DNA of 63,942 nt, the filler included, from Collodictyon triciliatum (lineage: Eukaryota), in NCBI GenBank assembly GCA_043381765.1. It is 4 parts of 4 records of this genome, joined end to end, with 100 filler letters (N's around TTAATTAATTAA, not from the genome) between each part and the next. Parts side by side here need not be neighbours in the genome. Positions count along the whole stretch, not along the records: positions 58,548 to 63,942 come from JBHJMP010001238.1; 3 more parts are not named here. The stretch is one strand, 5' to 3'. Positions within the stretch are counted from its first letter, which is position 1. Every line of letters begins with the position of its first letter. Shown piece after piece: positions 63,879-63,942 of the stretch. The notes beneath the pieces were generated by a model. It searched no databases and was not told the origin of the DNA. It saw nothing but the letters and a program-made list of their open reading frames with translations. A program made the translations under genes and the position numbers.

Positions 63879-63942
63879 AAAAAAAAATCCTACATGTTTC
63901 AAAATAAAATAGCTCCGGCCCGAATCCCTACAAACCGGAAAA

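Noticed and set aside
1-63942. CRISPR arrays, rRNA or tRNA genes
   Set aside because: No repeat-spacer array or recognisable structural RNA gene seen; a covariance-model scan would be needed to exclude small ncRNAs.

Overview
Eukaryotic (protist-like) genomic DNA with many short AT-rich GT-AG introns and the standard genetic code. It is four separate contigs joined by artificial 100-bp spacers (N44-TTAATTAATTAA-N44 at 20548, 37808 and 58448), so gene order across spacers is meaningless. Contig 1: an NHL-repeat gene, two hypothetical genes, a ~10.4-kb NLR-like (STAND) gene and a decayed intronless Fanzor1. The NLR-like gene reads CH domain - DUF4062 - P-loop NTPase - six TPRs, each on its own 126-nt phase-2 exon - one 3.2-kb exon with pentapeptide repeats, 14 WD40s, a Sel1-like repeat and an acidic tail. 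Contig 2: partial MMAB, a catalytically dead aminopeptidase N fused to ankyrin repeats, and a Prp16/DHX38 pseudogene in a gene-poor stretch. Contig 3: GRWD1, a glomulin-like gene, a small MGCxxS/IQ-motif protein, PDCD2 and a KIF28-like kinesin-3 ending in a CaaX box. Contig 4: partial Acinus and a putative GT-C-like membrane protein. The best candidate for an undescribed system is the modular dual-sensor NLR-like gene; next are the dead peptidase-ankyrin fusion and the Fanzor remnant. All gene models were spliced by eye and family calls rest on motif recognition; no database searches were run.
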